Source: an uncultured Chloroflexia bacterium (GTDB taxonomy: Bacteria > Chloroflexota > Limnocylindria > Limnocylindrales > CSP1-4). Taken from it: a stretch of DNA of 64,000 nucleotides. A model generated the notes under the pieces. It worked only from the letters and a program-made list of their open reading frames with translations. It searched no databases and had not been told where the DNA came from. Every line of letters begins with the position of its first letter. Positions within the stretch are counted from its first letter, which is position 1. The stretch lies in contig CAVXPZ010000001.1 of NCBI GenBank assembly GCA_963763775.1, positions 928,001 through 992,000 of the forward strand, given 5' to 3'. Below, piece after piece: positions 31,083-42,923 of this stretch. A program made the position numbers and the translations under genes.

Positions 31083-32672
31083 TCAACCGTCGAACGGCCC
31101 GCTCCCGAGGCAGATCGTGAGCCGCTGCGGGCCGCCGGTCTCCTGGACCCGCAGCCGGTACTGGCCGGGCGGCAGCGACCCTCCGCTCACGGCTTCGACC
31201 AACGTCACGCCAGGAAGGGCCTCCGGCACGACCCGGAGCGGGATGTCCCGCGACTGTCCGCCCGGGAGCGCAAGGCTCGCGGTCACATCGGACACGATCG
31301 TGTCGACCGGATGCGAGATCCCGAGGACCGTCGGTTCCTCACCGAAGCGCGTCTCGCCGCGCGCGTCGTCGCAACTCGTGCCACCGATGCCGGCGGGCGT
31401 CCAGACATCCGCGCGGAGCGTGGTCGTCGACACGTCGGCCGCCGACGCGAACGCCTGCGCCGCGCCGACGAGGACCGACGACACGTTGATCCCTCCAGGA
31501 CGCAGCTCGAGCACCCAGTCGTCGGTGTGCGGTCCGTTGGCATCCGCCCAGGTCGCCGTGATCGCGTAGTCGCCGGGGGCCCAGGCGCGACCCTCAGGTG
31601 CCGCGAAGGTCACGAACGGGATGGTGCCGGCCGGATCGTCGATGGCCCCCACGACCGGGGCCGCCGCGACGGTGAGGGGTCCCGGCGCGATCCGCGTGAG
31701 CGCCGCATCGAGCACGTGCGACGCGACCGGGAACCGGACGCCGAGGCCCGCGGCCCGCGACTCGCGGATCGACGGCGTCTTCCAGGAGCCGCCGTCGCCG
31801 GTGAGGAACGTCGGGCGGAGCCAGGCGGTGGCGGGGTCGATCGACGGGCCGGGGACGGGCGCGAACGCCTTCGCGATCCCGTCCACGACCATGAAGCCAC
31901 CCGTGGGGAGATCGGCCGGGACGACACCGGCCGCCGGCACGAGCCCCGTCGGGATGCTGGGCGCCGGGTCTGCCGGGACGCGCTCGAACCGCCCGGGGAT
32001 CGCCACGTCGACGCGCTGGATGGTCGTCCCCATCAGGAGGTCGATCCGATAGCGCCCGGCGGGCCACGAGACCGACTGGCTCCCGTCGCTGCCCGGCGGC
32101 CAGAGGAGCAGCTCGCCGCCGACGAGCTCGGGCGGGATGGGGCGGACGTCGAGCCACTCGACATCGCCGTCGTCGGTCGGTCGCCAGACCCGGACGTCGA
32201 GCGGCGTCTGGGCACGGGGCGTGGTCACGCCGAGGGCCGTGATGGGCTCGTCCCGCGAGCCGATCTCGCCGGATCGCCCATCGGCCGAGCCGGGGTCCAC
32301 CGGGACCCAGCGTTCCTCGTCGGCCGGGGTCGCGACGATCGCCCGGATCCCCCAGGCGTCGTGCGGCCGCATCGCGGCCGCGATCCCGGCGATCGACGCG
32401 GCGTCGTCAGGGGGCCCGGGCGCCCCGGAGTCGATCGGCGAGGCAGACACGGCGGCATCCGAGGACGGCACGGCCGCCGAGGCCGATGCGGCGGCATCCG
32501 ACGACACGGCGCCCTCGCCCGGCGTCGGGCGCTCCCATGGCTTGACGATCGCGACGAGGAGCGCGACGACGACGATCGCGACGCCGATACGGACCGGATC
32601 GAGGCGAGGCCGACGCGGCCCGATCGGTGCTCGCTCGAATTCGACGCTGCCCTGGGGATCGCCGATGCTCAC
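31083..32672 (-). CDS. membrane-anchored extracellular hypothetical protein with internal repeats
   Basis: Single TM ending VKPW, Ser/Ala linker, three modules ending in (W/L)(P/A)xGxYx(I/L). Confidence 0.7.
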   Translation of the reverse strand: MSIGDPQGSVEFERAPIGPRRPRLDPVRIGVAIVVVALLVAIVKPWERPTPGEGAVSSDAAASASAAVPSSDAAVSASPIDSGAPGPPDDAASIAGIAAAMRPHDAWGIRAIVATPADEERWVPVDPGSADGRSGEIGSRDEPITALGVTTPRAQTPLDVRVWRPTDDGDVEWLDVRPIPPELVGGELLLWPPGSDGSQSVSWPAGRYRIDLLMGTTIQRVDVAIPGRFERVPADPAPSIPTGLVPAAGVVPADLPTGGFMVVDGIAKAFAPVPGPSIDPATAWLRPTFLTGDGGSWKTPSIRESRAAGLGVRFPVASHVLDAALTRIAPGPLTVAAAPVVGAIDDPAGTIPFVTFAAPEGRAWAPGDYAITATWADANGPHTDDWVLELRPGGINVSSVLVGAAQAFASAADVSTTTLRADVWTPAGIGGTSCDDARGETRFGEEPTVLGISHPVDTIVSDVTASLALPGGQSRDIPLRVVPEALPGVTLVEAVSGGSLPPGQYRLRVQETGGPQRLTICLGSGPFDG

Positions 32673-32747
32673 CGGCGCATCGTGGCACGGGATGCCCGCA
32701 GGTGCGCTCCGCGACGCCGCCGGCGCCTCGGCCCCGGAGCCGCTCCG

Positions 32748-33809
32748 TCAGCCTGCGAGCGGGACGATCCGGCCCTCGGCGTCGATGGTCGCCTGGCGGC
32801 GCGCGCGCTTGAGCTCGGCGCCGGGGACCTGGTCGCGGGCGTGGTAGCTCGAGCGCACGAGCGGCGCGGACTCGACGTGCTTGAACCCGAGCGCGAGCGC
32901 CTCGGCCTTCATCTCGGCGAACTCGTCGGGGTGGTAGTAGCGCACGAGCTCGAGGTGCTGGAGCGAGGGCCGCAGGTACTGGCCGACGGTCAGGATGTCG
33001 ACGTCGGCCTCGCGCAGGGCGGCGAACGCCTCGCTCAGCTCGGGCGCGGGTCTCGCCGAGGCCGACCATCAGGCTCGACTTGGTGTGGACGGCGTAGCCG
33101 ATGTCGGCGGCCATCTCCTTGGCCCGCGCGCAGGACGTACAGCGAGCGCTCCCAGCGGGCGCGCTTGCGGACCGGCTTCTGGAGCCGGCGCACGGTCTCG
33201 AGGTTGTGGTTGAGGATGTCCGGGCGCGCGTCCATGACCGTGCGCAGCCGCTCGTCGCTGCCGTCGAAGTCGGGGATGAGGACCTCGATGCCCATGCCCG
33301 GCGAACGCTCGCGCATCGCGGTGATGGTCTCGGCGAAGATGCGCGACCCGCCGTCGGGCAGGTCGTCGCGGGCGACGCTCGTGACCACGACGTGCTCGAG
33401 CTGCATGACCGCGACCGCCTCGGCCACACGGCGCGGCTCGTCGTCGTCGAACCAGGTCGGCCGGCCGGTCTTGACGGCGCAGAACCCGCAGGCCCGGGTG
33501 CACGTGTCGCCGAGGATCATGATCGTGGCCGTGCGCTGGTCCCAGCACTCCCCGATGTTGGGGCAGTGCGCCTCCTCGCAGACCGTGTTGAGCGACAGGC
33601 CGCGGAGCAGGCCCTTGAGGTCGTGGTAGTTGTCGCCCGAGGGCATCCGCGAGCGGATCCAGTCGGGATGCCGGCGGGGGGCGAGCGAGCCGTCGCGCCG
33701 CGGGCAGCCCGGCCGCGCCGCCGCCGAGGGCGATCGGCAGGTCCGGCCGGTGGTGCGGCGTCGCGCCGGCCGCCGGGGCCGGCTCGTAGATCGGGAGCTC
33801 GCGGGACAT
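32748..33809 (-). CDS. lipA: lipoyl synthase (several frameshifts)
   Basis: [59 protein letters not shown]. Confidence 0.93.
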
Positions 33810-33832
33810 GGCCGGAGTGTAGCCCGCCACGG

Positions 33833-34470
33833 TCAGTGGCACTCCGGCATGAGGAGATAGACCCCGCCGGCGTCGGCGTCGCCGTTGCGGACCAGGATCC
33901 GCTCCCGGTCCTTGCCGGCCGTCGAGTCGTTGATGAGGTACATCTTCAAGGCACCAAGCTCGTACCCGGTGGGCGAGTAGAGCGTGGGGATGCTCCCGTT
34001 CGAGATCGGCGCCGAGAGGTCCGCCCAGCGGTAGACCTGACCGCCGAACCTGATCCACCCGGGAAAGACGCTGTCCTCCACGAACCCCGGGATGTCACAG
34101 CCATCGAGGTGGATCCCGGACTGGACCGTCGCGTCGGGACCGGACCACGTGTCGACACGGTCGGACTTCAGTCGGTCGGTGACGACGACCGCCCCGACCC
34201 AGACCGCGAGCACGACCACGGCGATGATGACGATCCGCGGGCCGACGCGATGGACGTCCACCGTCGGCCGGAAGGATCGCTGGCGCGGCTGGACGGGCAG
34301 CTCACGACCGGCCTGGAGGTGCCGGAGGAGCCGGTCGTATCGATCCCGCCCCTGGTCTTCCAGCTCGGCGCGGCGCGCGCGCCGCTCGTCGATGGTCGGA
34401 CGCGGGACATCGATCTCGTCGCCGGCGTCGACCGGGGCGCCGGGCGTTGGGGTGACGGAGCCCGGATCAG
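33833..34470 (-). CDS. hypothetical single-TM protein (start uncertain)
   Basis: TM IVIIAVVVLAVWVGAVVV followed by globular domain. Confidence 0.6.
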
Positions 34471-35861
34471 TAGACAGGCGTGTCCGGCCCGACCGCCTCG
34501 AGAGCGGCCTTGACGACCCGCAGGAAGGCCGCCGCCTGGGCACCGTCGTTGGCTCGGTGGTCGATCGCCATGACGACGTTCATGACCGGGCGGATGGCGA
34601 TCACATCGCCCTCGGGCGTCTCGCGGACCACGGGCCGCTTGATGATCGCCTCCATCGTGAGGATCGCGACCTCCGGGACGTTGATGATCGGCATCGTCAG
34701 GTTCGACCCGAACCAGCCGGTGTTGTCGATCGTGAACGTGGTCCCGCCGAAGTCGTCGAGGCGGAGCTTGCCGGCTCGCGCCCGGGCGGCCACCTCGGCG
34801 ATCGCGCGGTTCAGCCCGCTGATCGAGAGCTGGTCGACGTCGCGGACGGCCGGGACCAGCAGCCCGTCGTCCACGGCGACCGCGACGCCCATGTGGATGC
34901 GCCGCTTGGCGAGGATGCCGGCATCGGTCCAGTGCGCGTTGAACGTCGGGAACTGCTTGAGCGCCTCGACGGCCGCCTTGATGACGAACGGCACATAGCT
35001 GAGCGAGATGCCCTCGCGCTCCTGGTAGCCGCGCTTCGCGGCCTCGCGAGCCCGTACGAGCCCGCTCGCGTCGACCTCCATGTGCACGTAGGCGTGCGGC
35101 ACGGCGAGCGCCCGCGTCATCTGCGCCGCGATGCCCTTGCGCATCTGGGTCATCGGCAGCAGGAGCTCGTCGACGCCGTCGGGGAACGCGATCGCGCCAC
35201 CGGCGGGGCCCTTGGCCACGGGCGCGGGCGCGCTCGGCATGCTCGCCGGTCCGGGTGCGGCGGTCATCACCGCGACCGGGGCGCTGCCGCCGGTCCGGAT
35301 GATCTCGACCACGGCGAGGACGTCGTCGCGGGTGATCCGACCCCCGCCGCCCGTCCCCTGGATCTGATCCGGGCTCAGGCCGTGCTCGCGGAGCAGTCGC
35401 CGGACGGCCGGCGTCATGCGGGCGTCGGGGTCGCCCGTGGCCGCCAGCGTCGCGGCCGGCGCCAGTGTGGCGGTGGCCGGCGCGGAGGTGGCCGTCGCGA
35501 CGGCGGGCGTCGCGATCGGCGCGGGTGCCGGTGCGACCGGTCGCTCGTCGGAGCCCGCTGGCCCGTCGGCCGGCGCCGCCGCGCTGGTGGCGACGGGTCC
35601 GTCGGCCGCGGGGGTCGCGGCATCGTCGCCGGTGTCGATGATGGCGATCTCGGCGTCGTTGGGGACGGTGTCGCCCTCCTGGGCGAGGATCTCCTTGAGG
35701 ACGCCCTCGAACGGCGACGGCACTTCGGCGTTGACCTTGTCGGTGATGACCTCGAGCAGCGGCTCGTACTTGTCGACGTGGTCGCCCGGCTGCTTGAGCC
35801 ATTTGCCGATCGTGCCCTCGGCGACGCTCTCACCGAGCTGGGGCATCGTCACCTTCGCCAC
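34467..35861 (-). CDS. dihydrolipoamide acyltransferase (E2) of 2-oxoacid dehydrogenase
   Basis: MPQLGESVAEG, EVITDKVNAE lipoyl Lys, GTGGGGRIT, DHRANDG. Confidence 0.93.
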   Translation of the reverse strand: MAKVTMPQLGESVAEGTIGKWLKQPGDHVDKYEPLLEVITDKVNAEVPSPFEGVLKEILAQEGDTVPNDAEIAIIDTGDDAATPAADGPVATSAAAPADGPAGSDERPVAPAPAPIATPAVATATSAPATATLAPAATLAATGDPDARMTPAVRRLLREHGLSPDQIQGTGGGGRITRDDVLAVVEIIRTGGSAPVAVMTAAPGPASMPSAPAPVAKGPAGGAIAFPDGVDELLLPMTQMRKGIAAQMTRALAVPHAYVHMEVDASGLVRAREAAKRGYQEREGISLSYVPFVIKAAVEALKQFPTFNAHWTDAGILAKRRIHMGVAVAVDDGLLVPAVRDVDQLSISGLNRAIAEVAARARAGKLRLDDFGGTTFTIDNTGWFGSNLTMPIINVPEVAILTMEAIIKRPVVRETPEGDVIAIRPVMNVVMAIDHRANDGAQAAAFLRVVKAALEAVGPDTPVY

Positions 35862-35981
35862 GTTCGCAGATCCTCCGCTGGGTCGCTGTGTGCCGCCTAG
35901 TGTCACCTATCTGCGCGTTGCGGGTCGAGCGGCGTCGTCGAGGCCGGCAGCCCGTTCGACTCGGACCGTAGACTCCCACCC

Positions 35982-36464
35982 ATGCCCGATCTGCGCCCGA
36001 CCGCCTTCGTGATCGCGCCCGGGGCCGTCGGCCCGATCCGCGGACCGGTCGGCGGACCGACGACGATCCTGGCGCGCGCCGAGACGACCGGCGGTGCGTT
36101 CACCATGCTCGAGAACGTGATCCCGCCGCTCCAGGGCCCGCCGCTCCACGTCCATGGTCGCGAGGACGAGATGTGGTACGTCCTCGAAGGGCGCTTCCGC
36201 TTCCGTGCCGACGACCGACTGCTGGAGGCGCCGGCCGGGTCGTTCGTCTACGTGCCACGCGGGACGCGCCATGCGTTCCAGAACATCGGCGATGGCCCGG
36301 CCCGGATCCTGGTGATGTTCTCCCCGGCCGGGATGGAGCGGTTCTTCGAGGACATCGCCGCGCTCCCCGACGGACCCGTCGACCCCGCGACCTATCGGGC
36401 GATCGCCCACGACCAGGCGATGGAGGTCGCCGGTCCGCCCCTGGCCGAGTCCGACCCGATCTGA
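35982..36464 (+). CDS. cupin domain protein (quercetinase-like)
   Basis: GPPLHVHGREDEMWYVLEG, VPRGTRHAFQN. Confidence 0.88.
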   Translation: MPDLRPTAFVIAPGAVGPIRGPVGGPTTILARAETTGGAFTMLENVIPPLQGPPLHVHGREDEMWYVLEGRFRFRADDRLLEAPAGSFVYVPRGTRHAFQNIGDGPARILVMFSPAGMERFFEDIAALPDGPVDPATYRAIAHDQAMEVAGPPLAESDPI

Positions 36465-36476
36465 CGTGAGCGATCC

Positions 36477-39270
36477 GTGGCGACCGCCACGCGCCTGACC
36501 CGTGCGGCCGGCATCCGCGACGACGAGGCCGTCGTCGTCGGCTTGATCGCGGCGGTCTTCGCGACGCTGGAGGCGGGGCGAGGCCTGGGCGAGGTCGGGG
36601 TCAATACCCTCGTGTTGAGCCGACTCCCCAGTGATGCGCTCCCGTGGCTGTACATCCCGCTCGGCGTGATCTCGCTCGTCGTGGCCGTGGCGTTCGGCGG
36701 CGCCCTCGGCCGCGTCCGGCGATCGCGGCTCATGGCGTTCGCCCTGACCGGCATCGGCACGCTCCTCGCGATCGAGTGGATCGCGCTCGGCGGCCTGCCG
36801 GACGCGGTGCCGGTCGCGTGGCTCACGGTCATGGCCGCTGGGGCCATCGCGGTGACGATCGGCTGGACGGTGGCGACGTCCACCCTCGACGCCCGCCAGG
36901 CGAAGCGGCTCTTCCCGATCTGCACGGCCGCCGCGATCGCCGGCAACTTCGTCGGCAGTCTCGCCGCCGGCCCGGTGACGAAGGCGGCCGGGGCCAACGC
37001 GCTCGTCGGGCTCGAGGGTGGCCTGTTCGTCGTGGCCGCCGTGCTCATCGGCCGGCTGGCGAGCCGCTCCGGGGCTCCCGCCTGGGGACCCCCGCCCAAC
37101 GAGCAGCCGAACGGTCGTCGACGACCTGCGGAGCGGATTCGACGAGGTCCGGGCCTCGCCGCTCCTGCGGCTCGTCGCCGTCGCCTACGTCCTGTTCGCG
37201 GTCCTGCTGTTCTCGGTCTCGTTCCCGTTCTTCCTCGCGGCGAGGGCCACGTTCCCGAGCGAGGCCGCGCTCGCGGGGGCGCTCGGGCTCATCGGCGCGG
37301 TCGTCACGGCGACATCGTTCGTCGTCTCGCTCGTCGTCGCCAAGCGCTTCTACCGTCGATTCGGGGTCGCCGCGGCCGCGCTCATCCTCCCGGTGATCTA
37401 CCTGGTCGGCTTCTCGGTCTGGATCGTCCAGTTCACGTTCGTGACGGCCGCCGCGGTCCTGGTGGTCCAACAGGTGACCCAGCGCGGCCTCTCCAATGCC
37501 GCCTGGAGCGCCTTCTACAACGTCGTCCCATCGAGACGGCGCGCCCAGGCGCTGGCGTTCAACGACGGGGTGCCGGGGCAGCTCGGCATCATGCTCTCGG
37601 GTGTCCTGCTCCTGACCGCCGGCCGTTTCCTCGCGCCCGAGCAGGTGTTCTGGCTCGGGCTCGCGACCGCGCTCGTGTGCACGACGGTGGTCGTGGCGAT
37701 CCGACGCCGCTACGCGGACGCCTTGCTGCGAACGCTTCGCGCCGGGACCGGCGAGCAGATCCTCGAAGGCGGACGGGGCCTCGGCGACCTCGTCGACACG
37801 CCCGACGTGCGCGGCGCCATCATCGCGACCCTCGCCGACCCGGATGCCGGCGTCCGCGCGATGGCGGCGGCGATGCTGGCCCGGTCGCCGGCACCGGACG
37901 CCTGCCGCGCGCTGGTCGGGGCGCTGGGCGATCCGGACCCACGCGTCCGCGGCGCGGCCGTCACGGCGGTCCTCTCGGACCAGGTGGTGGGCGGGGTCGG
38001 CGGCGCGGTGTCCGCGGCCGACGCCGATCGCGCCGAGCAGGTGCTCGTCCAGCTCCTCGCCGGCGATGCGGCCGCCGCGGTGGCGGGGCTGCAGGCCACT
38101 CGCGCCTTGCGCCGCGACCTCACGCCGGCGGCAAGGGCGGCGGCGCTTGCCGATCCCGCGCCCGCGGTCCGCGCAGCGGCGATGGCACTCCTCGGCGACG
38201 CCCCGGACGATGCCGCGACGGGCGTCCTGGTCGCCGGTCTCTCCGATCCGGCATCGATCGTTCGGAGCGCAGCCTCGTCCGCGCTCATGGCCCGCGATGC
38301 CGTCGCCCCGGGCGTGATCGCGCTCCTCGACGGGCCGACCATCGAGACCCAGATGGCCGCGATCGCGGCCCTCGAGGGGCACGGAGACGCCGTCCGACCC
38401 GAGGTCGTCGCCTGGGCGGACGTCCAGGTAGGTCGCGCCCTGGCGGTCCAGGGAGCGCGCACGGCGCTCGTGGCCGCGTCGGGGCCGCCGGCGTCCGAGC
38501 TGGCGTTCCTCACGGGCGTCCTCGAGGGGCGCACGCAGCGATACCGCGACCTCGCGCTCGCGGCGATGGCCGTGCTCGGCGCTCCGGCGGCGCGGGGCGT
38601 CATCCGGCGCAGCCTCCGGTCCGGCGACCCGGATGTGCGGGCCCAGGCCATCGAGGCCCTCGACTCGGTCGGCGATCGGCGACTCGGGGCCGCGATCGCG
38701 AGACTCGTCGAGTCCGCGCCGACGCCCGACCCCGTCCCCCGAGACGCGGTCATCGGCGCGCTTTGCGATGATGCGGACGCGTGGATCCGGGGTCTGGCCC
38801 GATGGATCCGCTCCGACGGAGACGATATGGCCGACGTCCCGACCTCGCAGAGCACCTTCGAGACCATGCGGCGGCTCCGCGTCGTCCCGCTCTTCGAGGG
38901 TCTCGCGCCCGAGGATCTGGAGCGGGTGGCCGCCGTCGCCACGGAGCGATGGTTCGAGCCGGGCGATGCCCTCGTCACGCAGGGCGACATCGGCGACGAG
39001 CTCTTCGTGATCCTCGAGGGGCGCGTCCTCGTCCGACGACGCGAGGAGGACGGCAGCGAACGCGTGATCCGCTCGTACGAAGCTGGCGACCACATCGGGG
39101 AGCTCGCGGTCCTGCGGGAGCGGCCACGGGTCGCGACCGTCGTCGCGGACGGCGGGAGCGTCCGAACGCTCGTCATCGGCGGCGATGCGCTCACCGCGAT
39201 CCTCCGGGAGCGCCCGGACGCCGCGATGGCGATGCTGGCGACGCTCGCGGAGCGGATCAGCATGCAGTGA
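36477..39270 (+). CDS. MFS/Npt-like membrane domain + HEAT repeats + cNMP-binding domain (frameshift ~37090)
   Basis: RQAKRLFP in multi-TM region, LADPDxxVRxxA HEAT repeats, VPLFEGL..QGDIGDELFVILEG..GELAVL..PRVATV. Confidence 0.8.
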
Positions 39271-41905
39271 CGCACGCCGCCCCCGTGCCTGATCCACAAG
39301 GCCGCGCCCTCCCCACCGGCACGGTCACGTTCCTGCGGACCGACGTCGAGGGTTCGATGGCCCTGGCTCGCGCGCTCGGGCCGCGGTGGGACGACCTGAA
39401 TGCCGAGCATCTGGCCCTGGTTCGTGCCGCCGTGACCGATCACGGTGGTGTCGTCGTCCGCACCGAGGGCGACGCCGCCTTCGCCGTCTTCCCCGAGGCC
39501 GGGGCGGCGGTCGCGGCGGCCGTGGCCGTCCAACAGGCGCTCACCGCCCATCGCTGGCCGGACGGAGGCCCGGTCCGGGTCCGGATCGGGCTGCACTCTG
39601 GGGAGGCCCATCTCGCCGGTGACGACTACGGCGGGTTCGACGTGAACCGTGCGGCGCGCGTCGCGGCGACCGGCCATGGCGGCCAGGTCGTCCTGTCGAG
39701 CACGACGGCCGCGCTGGTCGCGGACGGTCTGCCGTCGGGCGTCGCAGCTCCGCGACCTGGGCCTCTACGTCCTCAAGGACGTCCCACGACCGGAACGACT
39801 GACCCAGCTCGACATCGCCGGCCTGTCGACCGACTTCCCGCCCCTCCGGGCGACGAGCCCGACCGTCGGCGATCTCCCGGAACGGCTCACGAGCTTCCTC
39901 GGGAGGTCACGCGAACTCCAGGAGCTGGAGGACGCTGATCGCCGCCGGACGCCTGGTGACCCTGACCGGCCCCGGCGGCATCGGCAAGTCCAGCCTCGCG
40001 GTGGAGGCGGCACGAGCGAGCGCGCGCCGGGTTCCGCGATGGCGCGTGGTTCGTCGCCCTGTCCGCGGTGGACGATCCGTCGGCCGTCAAGGCGACCATC
40101 GCCCGGGCGATCGGCCTCTTCGATGGGTCTGAGCGGTCGGCCGCCGACGCGCTTCTGCCATACCTCGCCGAGCGCGCCGTGCTGCTCCTCCTCGACAACT
40201 TCGAACAGGTCCTGGGGGCGTCGGACGAGGTCGCCGCGATCCTGCGCGCGTCGCCGGCGTCGCACGTCCTGGTCACCAGCCGCGCGCCGCTCCGCGTCGG
40301 CGGCGAGCAGGAATACCCGGTTCCGCCGCTCGACGGCGGCCGCGGGCTGTTCATGGAACGCGCCAACGCCGTCCGTCCGGGCTGGGACCCGGGCGACGAC
40401 GTGGCGGTCGTCGACGAGATCTGCATGTTGCTCGATGGCCTGCCGCTCGGGATCGAGCTCGCGGCGGCGCGCGTCTCGCTCCTGCCCGTGGCGGCGATCC
40501 GCGATCGACTCGCTGCGCGTCTCCCGCTGCCCGGGTCTGGGCAGCGCGACGCCCCAGACCGTCAGCGGACACTCGAAGCGCACGGTCGCGTGGAGCCACG
40601 ACCTCCTGCCGCCGACCGTGCAGGCAGTCCTGCACGACGTGGCGGTCTTCGAGGACGGGTTCGATGTCGAGCAGGCGTCGTCCGTCGTGGACCACGGCCT
40701 GACCTCGGACGTCCTCGACGACCTCGCACAGCTGGCCGACCAGAGCCTCGTGATGCGCGACCGCCCGGATGGCGAGGGGGTTCGGTTCCGCCTCCTTCGG
40801 ACGATCCAGGACTTCGCGATCACCAGGCTTCGCGAGAGCGGCCGCGAAGCGGCGACCCGACGACGGCATGCGCAAGCCTTCCTCGCCCTGGCGGAGGACG
40901 TCGCCGCACAGTTCGGGACGCGGCTCCAGGCATCGCGGCTCGATCGGCTCGCCGTCGATTTCGGCGAACCTGCGAACGGCCGTCCGATGGGCCATCGACG
41001 CGGGCGAGGCCGAGATCGCGCTACGACTGGTGGCCGCGCTTTGGCGCTTCTGGCAGTCGGACGGACACCTGAGCGAAGGGCGCACGCTCGCCGAGGCGGC
41101 CCTCACCATGTCCGGCGCCGAGCCGACGACCACCGCCCGCGCCTGGGCGACGGGCTCGGCCGGCAGCATCGCCTACTGGCAGGCCGATGTCGTCGCCGCC
41201 CGACGCTGGTACGAGGAGCAGCTCGCGCTGGCCAAGGCCCTCGACGACGAGACGATCGTGGCGGATGCCATGTTCAACCTCGCCCACATCATGTTCGTCG
41301 AGAACGCCGACGCCGAACCGAAGCTCGCATGGGCCGACGAGGTCCGACAGCGGTACCGCGATCTCGGCGACGAACGGGCGGTCGCCCGGATCGCCTGGTC
41401 CGAAGGCACGATCGCGATGCAGGACGGCCGAGCCGAGGAAGCGATCCGGATCTTCGAGAGCCTGCTCCCGATCTTCGATTCGCTCGGTGACCTCCAGTAC
41501 CACGCCATGGCGACGGCCAGCATCGGCTGGGCCGCGTTCAGCCTTGGGGACATCCCGACGGCGATGCGATGCGCGGTCCGATCGCTGGTGGAGACCAACG
41601 CCCTCCACGACGTGGCGACGACGACGATCTCGCTCCACGTCGGTGTGCTCATGGCCTCGGTCCTGGGCAAGGTCGAGGATGGCGCCCGCCTGTCGGGGGC
41701 CTTCGACGGCCTCTGCGAGCGTTACGGCGTCCGGCCGCCCGCCGCGTTGGCGCTGTTCATCGGACGACTCGATCCCTTCGGGCGGATACGGGAGGCCTTG
41801 ACGCCCGAGTCGTACGCGAGCTTGTACGAGAGCGGCCGACGACTGACGATCGACGAAGCCGTGGCCCTGGTCGTGGCGATGGCCGAGGATGCGCCGCCAG
41901 GTTGA
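39267..41905 (+). CDS. class III nucleotide cyclase + STAND NTPase + TPR-like protein (several frameshifts)
   Basis: LPTGTVTFLRTDVEGS, TEGDA, RIGLHSGEA, VNRAARV; TLTGPGGIGKS Walker A, LLLLDNFEQ, LDGLPLGIELAAAR. Confidence 0.85.
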
Positions 41906-41939
41906 GCCCGCGGGGCGGCCCGCCCGGTGTGGCTCCGGC

Positions 41940-42923
41940 TCAGTAGGCCGCGAGCTGGCGGATCCCGTCGGCGATCTTCTCGGGCGAGACCATGAACCAG
42001 TCCTCGAGCACGTGGTTGTACGGGACGCCGGGGACCTCGGGACCGGCGATGCGGGTCACCGGACCGTCGAGGTAGTCGAAGGCCTCCTCCGCGACGATCG
42101 CCGCCACCTCGGCGCCGTAGCCGCCGAACCGGTTGTCCTCGTAGACGATCAGGCACTTGCCGGTCTTTCGGACCGAGTCGAGCACGGTCTCCTTGTCGAG
42201 CGGCCGCAGGGTCCGCAGGTCGATCACCTCGACGCTGATCCCGTCCTCGGCGACGCGGTCGGCCGCCTCGAGCGCGTAGTGCGCCATCAGGCCGTAGGCG
42301 ATGACCGTCACCTGCGACCCGGGATGGGTCACCGCCGCGCGGCCCAGTGGCACGACGTAGTCCGTGTCCGGGACGTCGCCGCGGACCGAGCGGTACATCT
42401 TCTTGTGCTCGAAGAACAGGACCGGGTCGTCGTCGCGGATCGCGGCCCGCAACAGCCCGCGCGCGTCGTACGGCGTGGACGGCACCACCACCTTGAGGCC
42501 CGGCACGTGCGTGAAGAACGCCTCGACGCTCTGCGAGTGGTACAGCGCGCCATGGACGCCGCCGCCGTAGGGCGCGCGGATCGTCATCGGGACCGAGTAC
42601 CCGTTGTTCGAGCGGTACCGCATCCGCGCGGCCTCGGACACGATCTGGTTGAACGCGGGGTGGATGAAGTCCGCGAACTGGATCTCGCAGACCGGCCGGA
42701 GCCCGTTCACCGCGGCGCCGATCGACGCCCCGACGATCATCGATTCGCTGAGCGGCGTGTCGATGACGCGCTCGTCGCCGAACTCCGCCCAGAGCCCGTC
42801 GGTGGCCAGGAAGACGCCGCCCTTCTTCCCGACGTCCTCGCCGAGCACGATGATCGCGTCGTCCCGGCGCATCTCGTCGGCGAGCGTCTCGCGGATGGCG
42901 TCGATGAACGTCCGGGTCGGCAT
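41940..42923 (-). CDS. 2-oxoacid (likely branched-chain) dehydrogenase E1 beta
   Basis: GEDVGKKGGVF, DTPLSE, EIQFADF, HSQSVEA, DLRTLRPLD. Confidence 0.93.
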   Translation of the reverse strand: MPTRTFIDAIRETLADEMRRDDAIIVLGEDVGKKGGVFLATDGLWAEFGDERVIDTPLSESMIVGASIGAAVNGLRPVCEIQFADFIHPAFNQIVSEAARMRYRSNNGYSVPMTIRAPYGGGVHGALYHSQSVEAFFTHVPGLKVVVPSTPYDARGLLRAAIRDDDPVLFFEHKKMYRSVRGDVPDTDYVVPLGRAAVTHPGSQVTVIAYGLMAHYALEAADRVAEDGISVEVIDLRTLRPLDKETVLDSVRKTGKCLIVYEDNRFGGYGAEVAAIVAEEAFDYLDGPVTRIAGPEVPGVPYNHVLEDWFMVSPEKIADGIRQLAAY

